This document shows, piece after piece, positions 39,893-52,426 of a DNA stretch of 64,000 nucleotides. Position 1 is the first letter of the stretch, and each line of letters begins with the position of its first letter. Below the pieces are notes generated by a model. The model made no database searches and was not told the origin of the DNA. It saw nothing but the letters and a program-made list of their open reading frames with translations. A program made the position numbers and the translations under genes. The stretch is taken from NCBI GenBank assembly GCA_043228905.1, contig JBHGNT010000008.1:2852001-2916000 (forward strand), written 5' to 3'. Source of the stretch: Azolla caroliniana. Taxonomy: Eukaryota; Plantae; Polypodiophyta.

Positions 39893-40694
39893 CCTACGCG
39901 ATTCCTTGAACCTTATCTCATAAACAAATTTAAAAAATAAAAATAAAAATAATTTAAATATTATGAACATTAAAAAATAAACACAACAAATGTGAAAAAG
40001 CAAAAAAGCAGATCTTTAAAAAATAACAATAATAAACATCTAAAAAATAAAAAGGGAATTTAAAAAACGCAACAAATGTGAAAAAGCAAAAGCAGACGCA
40101 TTAGAAAAAAAAGAAAAGAAAAAGGAAATTAATAAAAAAGCCAAGACAAAAAAAAACAAATAATGAAAAAAACAAATAAAAAAACAAGACAAAAAAAAAC
40201 AAATAATGAAAATAAAAAATAAAAGATGGTAACACAATAAAAGAAAACGAGTGGAATGAATAAAATAAAATAAAATAAATAGAAATGATGACCTGATGAC
40301 CGACAGGCAAAAGGCGGTGACCGATAAAGACCGGTGAAGTGACAGGCAGGTGTCGGTTATCATCTCCGCCCCTGTTTCTCTGTTCTTCTTCCTTCTTCTT
40401 CTTCTTCTTTTTCTGCTTCGTCTTCATCTTCTTCATCTCCATCTCCATCTCCATCTCTTCATTCCTTCATTCTCTGTCTCTCTGTGTCTGTGTCTGCGTC
40501 TGCTTCCTCGCAACCCTATTTCTCCTCTCCCGATCTGTTTCTAAGCAAAGCCTTCTCCTCTCTTGCTTGCCCCAAACAAACTCTACAGACAGAACCCCCC
40601 CCCTTTTCTCTTCAGATTCAGATTTTTTTGCTTTGTTTCATTTCGTGGGAAAGGGGAAGGGGATTTCTCAGAAAGCTTCGTCTCTAAACAAGCT

Positions 40695-40808
40695 TCTCAG
40701 ATCTGTCTGTACAGCCAAACAGAATTTCTCTCAGATCTGTACAGCCAAAAAAAAGAAAAGAATTTCTCTCAGATCTGTACAGCAAAAACGAATTTCTCTC
40801 AGATCTCT
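40695..40808. repeat. Four short direct repeats (AATTTCTCTCAGATCTGTACAGC..AAA) in the leader of the PNRC-motif gene
   Basis: CTCAGATCT recurs at ~40696, 40730, 40768, 40798. Confidence 0.75.
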
Positions 40809-42139
40809 GCTTAGGAACACTTACCTGGTCTTTGGAGAACAGAAATAAGAATCCATCTTCCATCACAATCTTTCTCTCCACCTCTGTGCAACAAGAAGCT
40901 TCTTTTATTTCTTTCTGCTCCCTCTTAGGTCCCTCTTTGTTCTCCCTCTCTCTCTCTGTTTCTGTATTTCCTTTATAGTTTTGTTTCTCTTCCCCCTTCT
41001 CTGTACGAGTGCGCCTATGTTCTTGTTTTTGACGAACACAGGCCTCTTTGATGAATTTCTACAGTGAGAATACCTCCTCCTACACTTCGTTCAACGGTTC
41101 GAGGCTATCTCTTCACTTCCTGTAACCATTTTCTACGTGCGATTTCTGGTAAGCCTGGATGAAGAGAAATATTGTTTCCTGATTTTTATGCACAGCTGTA
41201 TTCTGTTCACCGAACAAAATGGAAGTTTTCCGACGTTTTTCTCCCTGGGACTATGGCTGATTTGGTGGTTTTTTTCCGTTTAGAATAAGATAATAATCTT
41301 CTGAATATACGATTTGAAATCCCCTAATTGTTGGAGACAATGATTGGTCTTAGATTAGAGAGATATATTTGCACATCCTTGGAGTTTCCGTAAATGGTGT
41401 AAAAATCAACGAACAGTTTCTGTATCCTTGGTTTCATGCTTCTCTAAACTTGCAGAAGTTTTGACATCTTCTTTTGGTTTCATGATTCTCTAAATGGTCA
41501 TATGTTTAAGCTTCTTGTTGATAAAAAGTTGGCCATTTCGGTTTGGTATGCCATGATCTGGTAGAGCATATCTTTTGAGTCTCACATGTGCTCTATCAGA
41601 GCTGAGTTTAAATTAACGTAATTAATGTTAAAATTGAAACTCCCACATTTATATATTTATTTTGGTTTTCTCGAAGGGTATAGACTCCTGCAGAATTCAT
41701 TCATGTTGATTTTGTCAGTGTTAATTTAACAGATTCTCGCCTAATTCATTATGTAGGCGCTTCTGCTGCTGTCTCTTCTTATGTTAAATTTGTTGTGTAA
41801 GTGAATTGTTTTGAATAGCTTTCCACTTTCTTCCTAAATTTCTCTTCTTCAATTTATTCTCAGGTTTGTCCATCAATTTACACTAGAAACAAAGGAATTT
41901 ACAGTATTTTCTCTAGTAGATGAGCTTCTTTGACCTAGGTAAGTATTATCAACTGACATCCTTATTTCTCAGTTTCTCTTATATCTTTTTTACTTAAGTA
42001 TGCATTTCTACTCTATCAGGAATCATTGACTAAAGCACATAAGAGTACATAAGAGTAGATTTTTACCTGAGTGACTGAGGGAAGTCATTTGAAGCCTAAA
42101 ATCAAGGTTAGGCTCCATAATCAAAGATACTTCACTTAT

Positions 42140-43342
42140 ATGGGGACTTCCGTTCTCCTCCCTCAAGATTGCTTGTCATCATCGTCCTCTTCATCAAGAA
42201 GCAGACATAAACATCAATTTTCGGAGATGATTTACAGAGTAGAAAGCTCTCCTCGTGTGAGAAGAGATGGCCTTCAATCTCCACCTTTGAAAAATATGGC
42301 CTATACGTTTTACCCGGAGCATCCAAAGCAAAACATTATTTCAGCAAGATTTTTCAATGAAAAGGACTCTGGTATTCTTCCTCTTCCCTCCCCCACTGGT
42401 TCTCTCCCAATTAACATACCTTACAATGAGAGTGAGGTAAGAAGTGGTAAAATATTGAAGAAGTTGGAGAAGAGAGATGCCAGAAGCAATGCAAAGATTG
42501 TTTATGATGAATCTGTTGTAACCATCTTACAAAGACCTCGAAGTAACAATATGGTAATGGACTCTGCTGTAACAATGTCGCAGAAGCCCAAGTATCGCTC
42601 AGATGTGCAAGCCGTAAAGCTTCTATCTAAGAATGGTAGTGATATGTCTCTCAGTGAGATGCTTCAGAATTCATCTCCTGTGAGCAAAGATAATAACATG
42701 AAGCCAAAGCAAGGCAATTTCGAGAAGCATCTGAATTTAACTGGATTTCAGAAGCATTCGAAGCCTTTACTTGCAAAGAAAAATATGCAGCAGCAACTTG
42801 AGGTGAATAACTCTCTTAATACCGAACCTAAGAAAGTCAATAAGCATGTTGCTCCCCAGATCAGTGTTAGAAGTGATAACATCAACAAACAGATTGTGAA
42901 GTTTAAGGCTAACAATGCCATATCTGCAAATTGGATTCCTTTGAGGCGTACATCAACTGACCCTGAAATAATGAACTCTGTACTTGATAAGAACCAGAGC
43001 AACCCAGAGGTTTGCAACAGAGAGTCAAAGGTAGTAGAAAACCATGGTTTCATAAAAAATGTTACTGTAGGATACCAAGAAAGGTGGGCAGGACCAGCAT
43101 ACTCTTCATCTCCATCTCCTAGTGCTCTACCACTTCCAAAATTTTCTCGTCCTCTGCCACAGATGTCATCTCCTGATTTGTTGCCTAAAGTAGCAAATGA
43201 GGAAAAAGCAATTGACATGGTAGTATCTGTTCCCTTGAGTGTATCACTTCCCTCTATGTCCTCTGTTTCACTTGTAGAGACATGGGATATGGCTCTTGCC
43301 ACTAAGAGCTTGAGGAAAATGCTCAATCTAGACCCCATATAG
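42140..43342 (+). CDS. Plant PNRC-motif (proline-rich nuclear receptor coactivator/Edc1-like) protein, single coding exon
   Basis: N-terminal MGTSVLLPQDCL, PNRC motif ERWAGPAYSSSPSPSALPLPKFS, C-terminal ATKSLRKMLNLD. A 5'UTR intron at ~41939-42019 supports ATG 42140. Confidence 0.8.
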   Translation: MGTSVLLPQDCLSSSSSSSRSRHKHQFSEMIYRVESSPRVRRDGLQSPPLKNMAYTFYPEHPKQNIISARFFNEKDSGILPLPSPTGSLPINIPYNESEVRSGKILKKLEKRDARSNAKIVYDESVVTILQRPRSNNMVMDSAVTMSQKPKYRSDVQAVKLLSKNGSDMSLSEMLQNSSPVSKDNNMKPKQGNFEKHLNLTGFQKHSKPLLAKKNMQQQLEVNNSLNTEPKKVNKHVAPQISVRSDNINKQIVKFKANNAISANWIPLRRTSTDPEIMNSVLDKNQSNPEVCNRESKVVENHGFIKNVTVGYQERWAGPAYSSSPSPSALPLPKFSRPLPQMSSPDLLPKVANEEKAIDMVVSVPLSVSLPSMSSVSLVETWDMALATKSLRKMLNLDPI

Positions 43343-45304
43343 GTGTGAAGGGGTCTTATACATCGGAGGTGCTATGAATTTAAGTGCCTCTTTTTGTCGC
43401 TGTTCTTAGTATTTAGCACAATAAGTCTTCTTTAGTATTTAGAGCTAATAAGTCTGGGTTGGGAGTTGTATTTATGGTTTAAAAATGTAGGAGTCAAAAG
43501 TATATACATAATTTCCAAATTTAGGAGTCCCTAGTATCCAGTAATGTTATTCTGGTTTCTTTATTATCTGTATGGATATTCATCATTAACTATGTCCATA
43601 CATGTGTTTCCTGATAGGTCATGGTGTCACAGTAGGTGTTGCGTATATGCCTTAGTTTATGTCCTGTGTGTGTGTGTATATACATTAGATATTATAGCAC
43701 GTGCTAGAAATCCTCTAGTACTGCTGAAAATAGCAGAGTGATGCTTTCCGAAGAAATTTCGAGGTGCAGAACTTCTAGCTAAAGTAGCAGAGAGGTCTCT
43801 AACTTGCATTCAAACTACTATCAGTTACTGTATCTTTTTTCCTTTACCACTTACTGGACCTTTTCCTACTTTCCACCGAAGTGGTGGAAAGTTTTGTATC
43901 ATGTTTATCTTGAACTTTGAGCTCTTACAGGAGAAACTGCTGTTGCATGGGTTTTTAGACATGACATCAAGCAGAAATTCTCCTGCGCTATTTAGTATCA
44001 TAGAGCTCAGTATATGGGTTTTCATTTTGTCTTTGCTTGGCTTGTCAAATAACAAAATGATCATGTTACTGAGGACACTATAGATGGGATGTTTTTGAGA
44101 TGGATAAGTAAGAGCATTCTACCATATTTTGGGATGCTCAGTAAGAAAATGGGATCAAAGATTAAGAGAAGTCGCAAAAATCGGTGGTGGAAAGTGAGCT
44201 TGTATTGCCTCATAAAAAGAGTATTTCTGAATGGAAGACTCAAAAATAAAGATCATACATCCTGAATTTGGAATTTTGCTCAAATTTCTGGTCAATTGGC
44301 ATTGACAACTGCCTCTTCATCACTAGTATAGTGAGTGAGGTTGTGTTATGTGCCATGGCCACAATTTGTTCATTAGCTTTATTTCTGAAGCACTGTACAT
44401 GACTTACCTAACTACTTGTGTATCAATGGATGCATGATTAATAAATATAAATATATATAATGTAATGGGATTTCAGATGTTCGGTTAAGATATTACTGTA
44501 AGAGACTGGATGTAATCGATAATGTAATCAAACTTTCTGAATCCTTTTAAATATTTCTGTTACATAATGTTATCTTCTGATATTCGGTCTGGACTAATTG
44601 CGTGTTCCCTTTTATGCTGGACAAAGGAATGCCATTGTTTGAGCTGATAAAAAATCTGATGGCATGGGTGGTGTTGGGTCAGTCTCTTGATTTATTTTTT
44701 GATTTAGTGCTGAATCATCATCTATAAAAAATAACTTTCAAGTCAAAATTTGGCTTCGCAATATTTTTTAGCAATTCGACCCTTTTAAGTTATTCCTGTA
44801 GTATTTCTCGATATTTATTTATCTAGGATATTTCCATAGGAGTATTATTTTAATCTTATATATAGTGTTTGGAATGATCAATTTCATTGAGTTTCCAAGA
44901 AAAGGTGGTTTGTCTTGCATAATGACCTCATAGGGTTAAGCATTTCAAAAATGATAAGTCAATTAGACAGTGCATAACCATTGAGTTTCTTGAGAAATTC
45001 CATTAAAAAGAGTAATAAATGGAACATCCATTGATCTGAGAAATTACATTATATATGCCAAAGTCGGTGGGTATGCATAGTGTTTGTATACAGTTTTTTC
45101 ATGGATAATTAATTTTCTTTGACTCTGCAAAGGTGAGTGATAGCAGTGAATGAAGCACATAACAATGTGAAAAGAGACTGAGCATCATGATATGCATTGG
45201 AGGGGTGTAGACTACTCATCTTGTTAGCGTGTGGAGAGTATATTGTATGCTACCATGTCTTTTCTCCCTGCTTGCTTCATTAATAACCACTGGAATGTAC
45301 ATTG

Positions 45305-47105
45305 CTAGCAAAATATCCCCATCTCATGTCTGCATTGGTCAGTGCAAGGGTGAGAAGTATTTCCGACCCAAAACAATCCACCTATTAGTCCTATTAACAT
45401 ATTAGGAAAGGGCTCAGACATGGGTGTTCTACTGGAGAATCACCGGGGGTAAATGTTAAGTTTATATACACAATGACTCACATCCATGCCAGATGTGGAG
45501 AATCAACAAAAGAGCAACAATTGTACAATGTAAATGTGCAGAATCAACAAAAGAGACATGGGGTACAACAATTTTACAACGTTGTGCATCATGCTTCTTG
45601 TAAAGCAGATGAAAAATTAGCTTTGTTCCATAACATGTTTCACCAGTTTCATATGAATTTAAGATATCATGATGATATTTGGGAGAAAGCAGGAAAACCA
45701 AATATAAAATTAGGTCCAACCATTCTGGTCTCCAATCACATAGTTCAAAATTTCAACAAATTGGCTTTTGGAAGTACTATCATAGAAACAGTAAATACTG
45801 GTTAGAGGGCCAGGATTCAACCATCGAACATATGTTCTCCGTGAGGTAACGGTAATCACCATTAAGTAGAACAAAACTCAGATGAACTTACTGTATTAGC
45901 ACAGCAGACAAATACACATTGATAGCAAAATCTCTCACCTCTTATCTGCATGTTCAGTGGAAGGGTAAGGAGTATTTCCAACCCAAAATAATCCACCTAT
46001 TAGTCCTATAACATATTAGGAAAGGGCTCACATATAGGGGTTCCAATGAACTCATTACGAGGGGGTTAATGTTAAGTGAGTAGTAAAGGAAGGATATGCT
46101 AGATGAGGTTCTCGGTGGAGACGACCATCACAACAATGAAGGGCATTCAGTATTTTCTTTCATCCTGGCATCGAGCTATTTTTCCGCAGAGCCCCCCCTG
46201 CAATATTGTTCCCGCGGTAGAGTTTCACCACCAAGTTAGAGATGGATTGGTGTGGTTCCTCCACGCCTGAGACACCAGAATATCAACCTGTGAACGAGGA
46301 GTACGGTGGAACAGGTAAGGATTGATTGGTTCTTACGTTACAAGGCTACGACCCCGCCCAGTCCGGAAATCGCACCAAAGGGGCGCGCCTTCCAGGTAAG
46401 AAACAATTGCGTGTCTTGCTTCTCCATCCATCCCTTGGACAGACAGAGAAGCAGGACGGATAGTTTGAGCTATTTCTGCACCATTCGATCAACATGAAAA
46501 ACGTTCATTACCCAAAAATATTTTCGAGTATGTTGAAAAAACAAAAAAGTGCTATTGAATCGCCAGAGGATGCTACAAACGCCTATATTCTGCTACAGAT
46601 GTAGATATAGTATTTTCATTTGGTTCCACCACTCGGTCACAACTTAAGACATGAACGGTCACGAATGATTAGGATTTTGATCTTCCTTCGTTCGAAGTTA
46701 ACGATCGTTTTCCATGCATGAATGTGGAGTATAAACAAACGAGCATGGTGTACAACATTTTACATCCTGCTTCTAGTAAAGCAGATGAAAAATTAGCTTG
46801 GTTCCACTAATTTCATATGAATTTAACATATTTCGCCAATATTTGGGAGAAAGCAAGAAAGCCAAATATAAAATCTACAACGCCATGGTATACACAACAG
46901 CCTTCTGCTAATTAGGATCAACCACTCTGGTCCCCAATCACATCTTTCGAAATTTCACAGAAAATGTCGTTTTGGAAGGACTATCCTAGAAACAGTAACT
47001 ACTGGCCATCAAACAACTTATGTTCTCCATGAGGTTACAGTTATCACCTTTAAGTAGAACAAAATCCATATGAACCTACTGTATTAGCACTGCGAACAAA
47101 ATACA
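45305..47105. repeat. Local segmental duplication A-B-A'-X-B'
   Basis: ~45305-45460 matches ~45920-46075 (AATCCACCTATTAGTCCTAT..ACATATTAGGAAAGGGCTCA); ~45565-45915 matches ~46745-47105 (TAAAGCAGATGAAAAATTAGCTT..ATTTGGGAGAAAGCA..TAAGTAGAACAAAA). Confidence 0.8.
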
Positions 47106-47225
47106 CATGCAGTGGCAGCTAAAAGAGGAAAGAATTTGTGGAGACCTCTGCTCTCTTGACACTGTTGCTGAAATTTGGTTTTCTATATTAAACAGCCATA
47201 TCATCAAATAGATATGTGATGAGCA

Positions 47226-48964
47226 TTAATAAACTCTTGGCTTCCTCATATGATCATGATAAACATCATCTTCGGATCCTGAATCTTCTGATGCATTAAC
47301 ATCCACATCAGCAGTTTTTTCATTTACATCTACATCAGCAGATTTCCCGTCTTCACTCAGAGACGGGGGATGAGGTTTGCTTCTTTTCTCTGTGCGATTC
47401 TGTTTCTTCTTCTGACGCTTCGCCCTTTTTTTCGCAGTGCGATCCTCTGCAGCTTTCAACCTTTCTTCTCTCCGAGCTTGAAACTCGGACTCTTCTTTCC
47501 TCTTCAGATAATCTGCATCCATGCGAGCTAGACGGTCTTGTTCCCTACGCCTCATTTGTCGATACTGATAACACAAATTGCAAGTCTCAGTAAAACATAG
47601 GCTAGAAGTTGCACTTAATCAGACTTTTAAATTCTTGAAGTCTGCTCCACAACAAAAGAAAGAAAAAGTATTAACATCTCTGGGAGAATGCAACAGCCTA
47701 TATGACCCATGACACATGAGAAATACTACAAAGGAAAAGCGAAAGAAAAATGTATTACCATTCTAGTTTCCTAAAAGTCAATGGCTTGAAATATGATCAC
47801 CAATAGCTGACAAGGTTTTGTGCCTGATCATTCGAACTGAAATCATGGCCACCAGAAAATATCCATCACGGGGTGATGCAGTATGGAGCAAAAAGAGTCT
47901 TTTTAATACGTGTGATGAGGATTTTTATCTTATGAAGGTATGCAAAATGGGGTGGTTGTGGTTCCAGCTGGTATTGACTACGTCCACAATCAAGAGCACA
48001 GGCTCTAGCTATTGTAACACCCTAGCTTGTACACCATGAGTGTCCCTGATGCAGTAGAAATATCTCAAAGTTCTCTGCCTACATGGGTCAATGAGTATTG
48101 ACATATCTCTCAAAGTTTTGTCTACTTCTCCTTGTATCAACAAGGAAGATTACTAAGCATATTTTATAATTGTACTCACATTGGTCTACAATGAGGGCAA
48201 CATCCTTCTCTGACGTGAGAACAATATCTTCATCTGATTTCATAATAGACTTGGAAATGACACAAATAATGCTCCTCATTGAATATACAGAAGGAGCACT
48301 TCATGGGTGTGACAAGGAAAATTTCAGCATAGGAACACAAATGTGGCCATAGGCTTCGTGTCATGATGATCATAAATCAATTTAAAGCAAAAAACATAAA
48401 AACATCCTCTACTTCTGTTTCTTCTTCTTCTTCTTTGTGTGAAGATACTGGATTTGTTTTCTAATTCATTCCATGGAGGCGTTTATTTCGCTTTCACCTT
48501 CATGCATTTAAAGTACATCACATCACTTCTTTCTGTTCTGTTGAGTTTTCTCCTTTCTTTTCGTGCTTCAATTCCATGTAGGCATTTTCCTTGCTTCCCT
48601 CTACCGATAGAGGAAGGCCCTTTTGTTTTTCTATGCAGATTTATTTCCACGTCCAAATTTTAAAAAAAAACAAAACAAAGAGACAGAGAAAGAAGAAAAA
48701 GAGAAGGAATACCTGATGGAAGTCACCAGAGCCAGAACCTGCAGAGCTTCCAGACGTATTACTGACGCGAACAGGGACGTGTTCGAGGATCCGACGAAGC
48801 TTCACCTCCAGGTCTTCGTCTTCAGCGGGGGGCCTAGGGGGGGAAAGAGAGCCATCAGGGACGATGGCGAGCTGCAGGTTGTCGGAAGCAGAGGAAGCAG
48901 GCGGGATCTGCACGATCTGTGTGTTTCCATCTGTGTAGGTCTGCGAGGTCGTGTAGCGAGGCAT
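47226..48964 (-). CDS. PRKRIP1: PRKR-interacting protein 1 homolog (DUF1168, spliceosome-associated), 2 exons
   Basis: Exons 48964-48713 and 47564-47226; hallmark VSNTSGSSAGSGSGDFHQ|YRQMRRREQDRL..EDRTAKKRAKRQKKK. Confidence 0.88.
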
Positions 48965-48982
48965 GGAATGGAGATCGACAGG

Positions 48983-49022
<40 letters not shown>

Positions 49023-49059
49023 AGACAGAAATCTCGTTACTCTGTTTCTCCTCTGCTTC

Positions 49060-49350
49060 CTGCTTCTGTGGCTTGCTTTTTTCTGCTTTTTGCTTTTCTC
49101 TGCTTTTTCCTCTTACTCTCTTCTTCTTCTTCTTCTTCTTCTTTTTTGGCTTGCTTTTTCCTGCTTTTTGCTTTTCTCTGCTTTTTCCTCTTACTCTCTT
49201 CTTCTTCTTCTTCTTCTTCTTCTTTTTTGTTCTCGGTTTTGGCTTTTGCTTTTCTCTGCTTTTTCCTCTTACTCTCTTCTTCTTCTTCTTCTTCTTCTTC
49301 TTTTTTGTTCTCGGTTTTGGCTTTTGCTTTTCTCTGCTTTTCCCCCTTTT
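49060..49350. repeat. Pyrimidine-rich ~60-70-bp tandem repeat (about 4 copies; a further copy at ~52490-52530)
   Basis: TTTTGCTTTTCTCTGCTTTTTCCTCTTACTCT(CTT)n recurs. Confidence 0.8.
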
Positions 49351-49362
49351 CTTCTTATTCTC

Positions 49363-52300
49363 TCTAGTCAACCAAGCCACCACACCATAATACATTTCAC
49401 GCATGAGCTCGCTGACATCTACTCTGGACATGTTCAAGCCCATCTCTCCTCTTTTGATTCTTCCATGCCTTTAGAGAACCTCACTACAAAATTCACACAC
49501 ATCCTCCACTCAGCAGCAATTAGTAGCTTCCCATACACGAAACACTCCAATCACAGTAGAATAGGGTCTATGCCACAAAACAAGTGGTATGATGACGATT
49601 GTAGAGAGTTGTATAGACAACTTAAAGTGTCGTGACTTAGTGGTACTATTTTCTCAGTACAAGCTCGCAAAGAGATGCGCAAGATGACACGTCGTAAAAG
49701 ACGAGCTTGGGAAGCATCTCAATATTGGGAACTCTACCATATGCTCATGAGTAAGGACTGCGCCCTTGCATGGAAGAGATTACGGGAACTGAAACCACAA
49801 ACACCCATTGAGGATCCCAATATTTGGCACACATATATCGAGAGACTCTACCATGTCCCCAACCAACCACCCATTCCAATGCCTTCCACACCTCGACCTA
49901 CCATGGGGACACTTTTCACGACCTCTAGGGTCACGAAGGTCATAAAAAAACTACAACATAGGAAATCCATGAACCACACAGGATTGCGAGCCGAGCACAT
50001 CATATATGCTCGAGAGTGCCTAGCCCCCTTTCTCACTCTAATCTTCAATTGCGCCCTCGCTGAGGGTTTTCCACCACAATGGGCCATGAACACAATGGCC
50101 CCTATACATAAAGGGGACCCAAATACATATAAGACCATTATGATAGGTCATACGCTCGCTAAACTATATGGTGCAATAATGGAAGCGGAGCTCAGCGATT
50201 ATATGGAAACATTAAGTCTTCGAGCACCTGAGCAGGCTGGCTTTAGACGAGCATTCTCCACCATTGACCATATCTTCACACTTAGGTGCTTAATTGACCA
50301 GACGAAGGCTTGTAAGAAGAAACTATATTGTTGCTTTGTGAACTTTCGCAAAGCCTTTGACACAGTTCCTAGGGTGAGGTTGTTTGATAGACTTAAGAGC
50401 TTGGAGATACCAAATGACATGATCTGGGCCATTTATGCCCTATATGAGCAAGTCTCTAGGTGCGTACGATGCCCAGGTGGCCTATCCGATTGTTTCACTA
50501 GCACCATTGGTGTGAAACAAGGTTGCCCCCTATCACCAACTCTTTTTGGGATCTACATTTATGAGATCACGGAATTTATTGCTCGTAAGGGAGGCAAGGG
50601 AGTAGCTATTGGGGATACACAAGTTAGCCTCTTACTTTACGCAAACGACATTGTCTTGCTCTCGGAGTCAGAACACGACCTACAAAAGCATCTTAATGCC
50701 CTAGATGACTTTTGTACACAACGAGGACTGGTAGTCAATCAAGTGAAAACTAAAGTCCTTATCTTTCATACATCGTCTCGAGTTAGGAGTAAATGTCACC
50801 TAACCCTCTCTCATAAATAGTTGAGGTAGTTGGATCATATGTATACTTGGGAGTCACTTTTAGTGCTCGCTCAGGTAAATTCTCGATGGCCCAGGCAGCC
50901 AAAGATAGGCTAACAAGATGGTATGCATCCCTCTCACTCTTAGAGAGACAATGCCACCAAGCATACTTTCAAGAGCCACGGACCAAGGGATGACTCTTTG
51001 ACTCATTAGTGACCCCTTCCCTCATGTATGCATCAGTAGTATGGGCTCCGGGTCTACCATCTTTCATGTGGACGCAATTAGAGAGACCTTTGGTGACGAT
51101 GTTATCACGTCAACTCCGAAGCAAATCGACAGTACCACATGACATTATTAGAGCAAAGTTCAGTCTACCCTTGATGTTAGTAGAAGCACTCTTTCAAGTG
51201 GTAGTTTTAATTCATCGGATACATAGCCAACCACAAGATAGGATATCTTGTCGAGCCTTTGAGGCATCCCGATCCCTACATGCGTCTAGAGACACTAGCT
51301 TTTGGTATAGCATTGTGGTGAGTTGGTTACTTGCAAATGGCATAGATATTAATAACCTACCCCCCCCTTAAGTACAACCATGGGACTGATCAAACTCTCT
51401 CTCATGAAGATATTAATAAAGTGATATGCCAAGAAATATGGCAAATTTACACTCAATATAAATGGATCACCCCACGAGAGCCACTCACTCCCATCTAAAA
51501 TGTTGTATTATAAGGAAAACTTCTTGGACTTCTCTAAGTTAGGTTTTATTACACAACCAAGATATCTAGATACATTCTTATCAAATGCACTAAGGGTGGC
51601 CATTGGACAACTTAGGATATCATCTCACCAACTTGAGATTGAGAATGGTTGGGCTAATAGAGTCCCTAGAGAGGAAAGACTATGTAGGTTATGCCACATA
51701 GAGATAGAGGATGAGCATCATTTCACATGCAAGTGCCTAACTTATGCCGAGATACGGGCAGAATACCAAGACATATTAGGACCCTCTCCCACCCTCTCCA
51801 AACTATTAGATACCCCGAGTGTAAAGAGACTAGGTAGGTATATTTTAGAGCTAAAACAACATAGGGAGAATAAATTACAAAGTGTTAACCATAACCCTTT
51901 TACTATTCATCAACATGTAACTAGTGTAAATTTTTAGGAACAAGGGGAGACGATGAATGTGGATACACTTACGCCGCTCGGCCTCTCACTTGAGGAAGCA
52001 GAAATGCAAAGAACAACTAAACGCCCTCGGATGTTGGGCTTCAAAACAAGTCGGCGTGGAGTAGAAAAGATTAAGAAGATAAGGGAACGTGAGTTGCGTC
52101 AACTAGAAGCTATGGTTGGGGTACCTTTTACATTGACATCACGGGCCACATCCACATCGCAACCCTTTGACCTCCCACTTCTCTTCGAGAGACTTGGATG
52201 GAAATGAAATTAGGCCTAGTATAACATTTTCATTGTAGAACATGATTTTTATATAGAAGATGTTTATTATTTTACTAGAACTATTTAGCTTTAAGTCTAT

Positions 52301-52426
52301 TTTATCTTATTTTTATTTATTTTTTACTCTCGATGAATGGGTAAGTATCCCATTTTTTGTTGTAAACCATTTGTCTCATGGGCCAATTTTGGCCTTAGAA
52401 GACGTTAATATTTCTTTCTTTCTTTC
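49363..52426 (+). mobile_element. 5'-truncated, degenerate non-LTR retrotransposon (RTE/RTEX-like LINE)
   Basis: RT motifs QAGFR, FVNFRKAFD, GVKQGCPLSPTLF, LLYANDIVL (YADD mutated), KTKVL; C-terminal LRISSHQLEIE..ERLCRLC..EDEHHF..C zinc-finger-like motif; (TTTC)n tail; several stops and frameshifts; no endonuclease in view. Confidence 0.88.

Noticed and set aside
39182-40003. Cys/Val/Met/Tyr-rich ORFs
   Set aside because: Translations of microsatellite
42748-43338. 196-aa antisense ORF over the PNRC-motif gene
   Set aside because: Shadow frame of the coding strand with no independent motif
48623-49635. Overlapping Phe/Lys-rich ORFs of 130-255 aa
   Set aside because: Low-complexity repeat read-through; only the PRKRIP1 exon and the LINE fragment are credible
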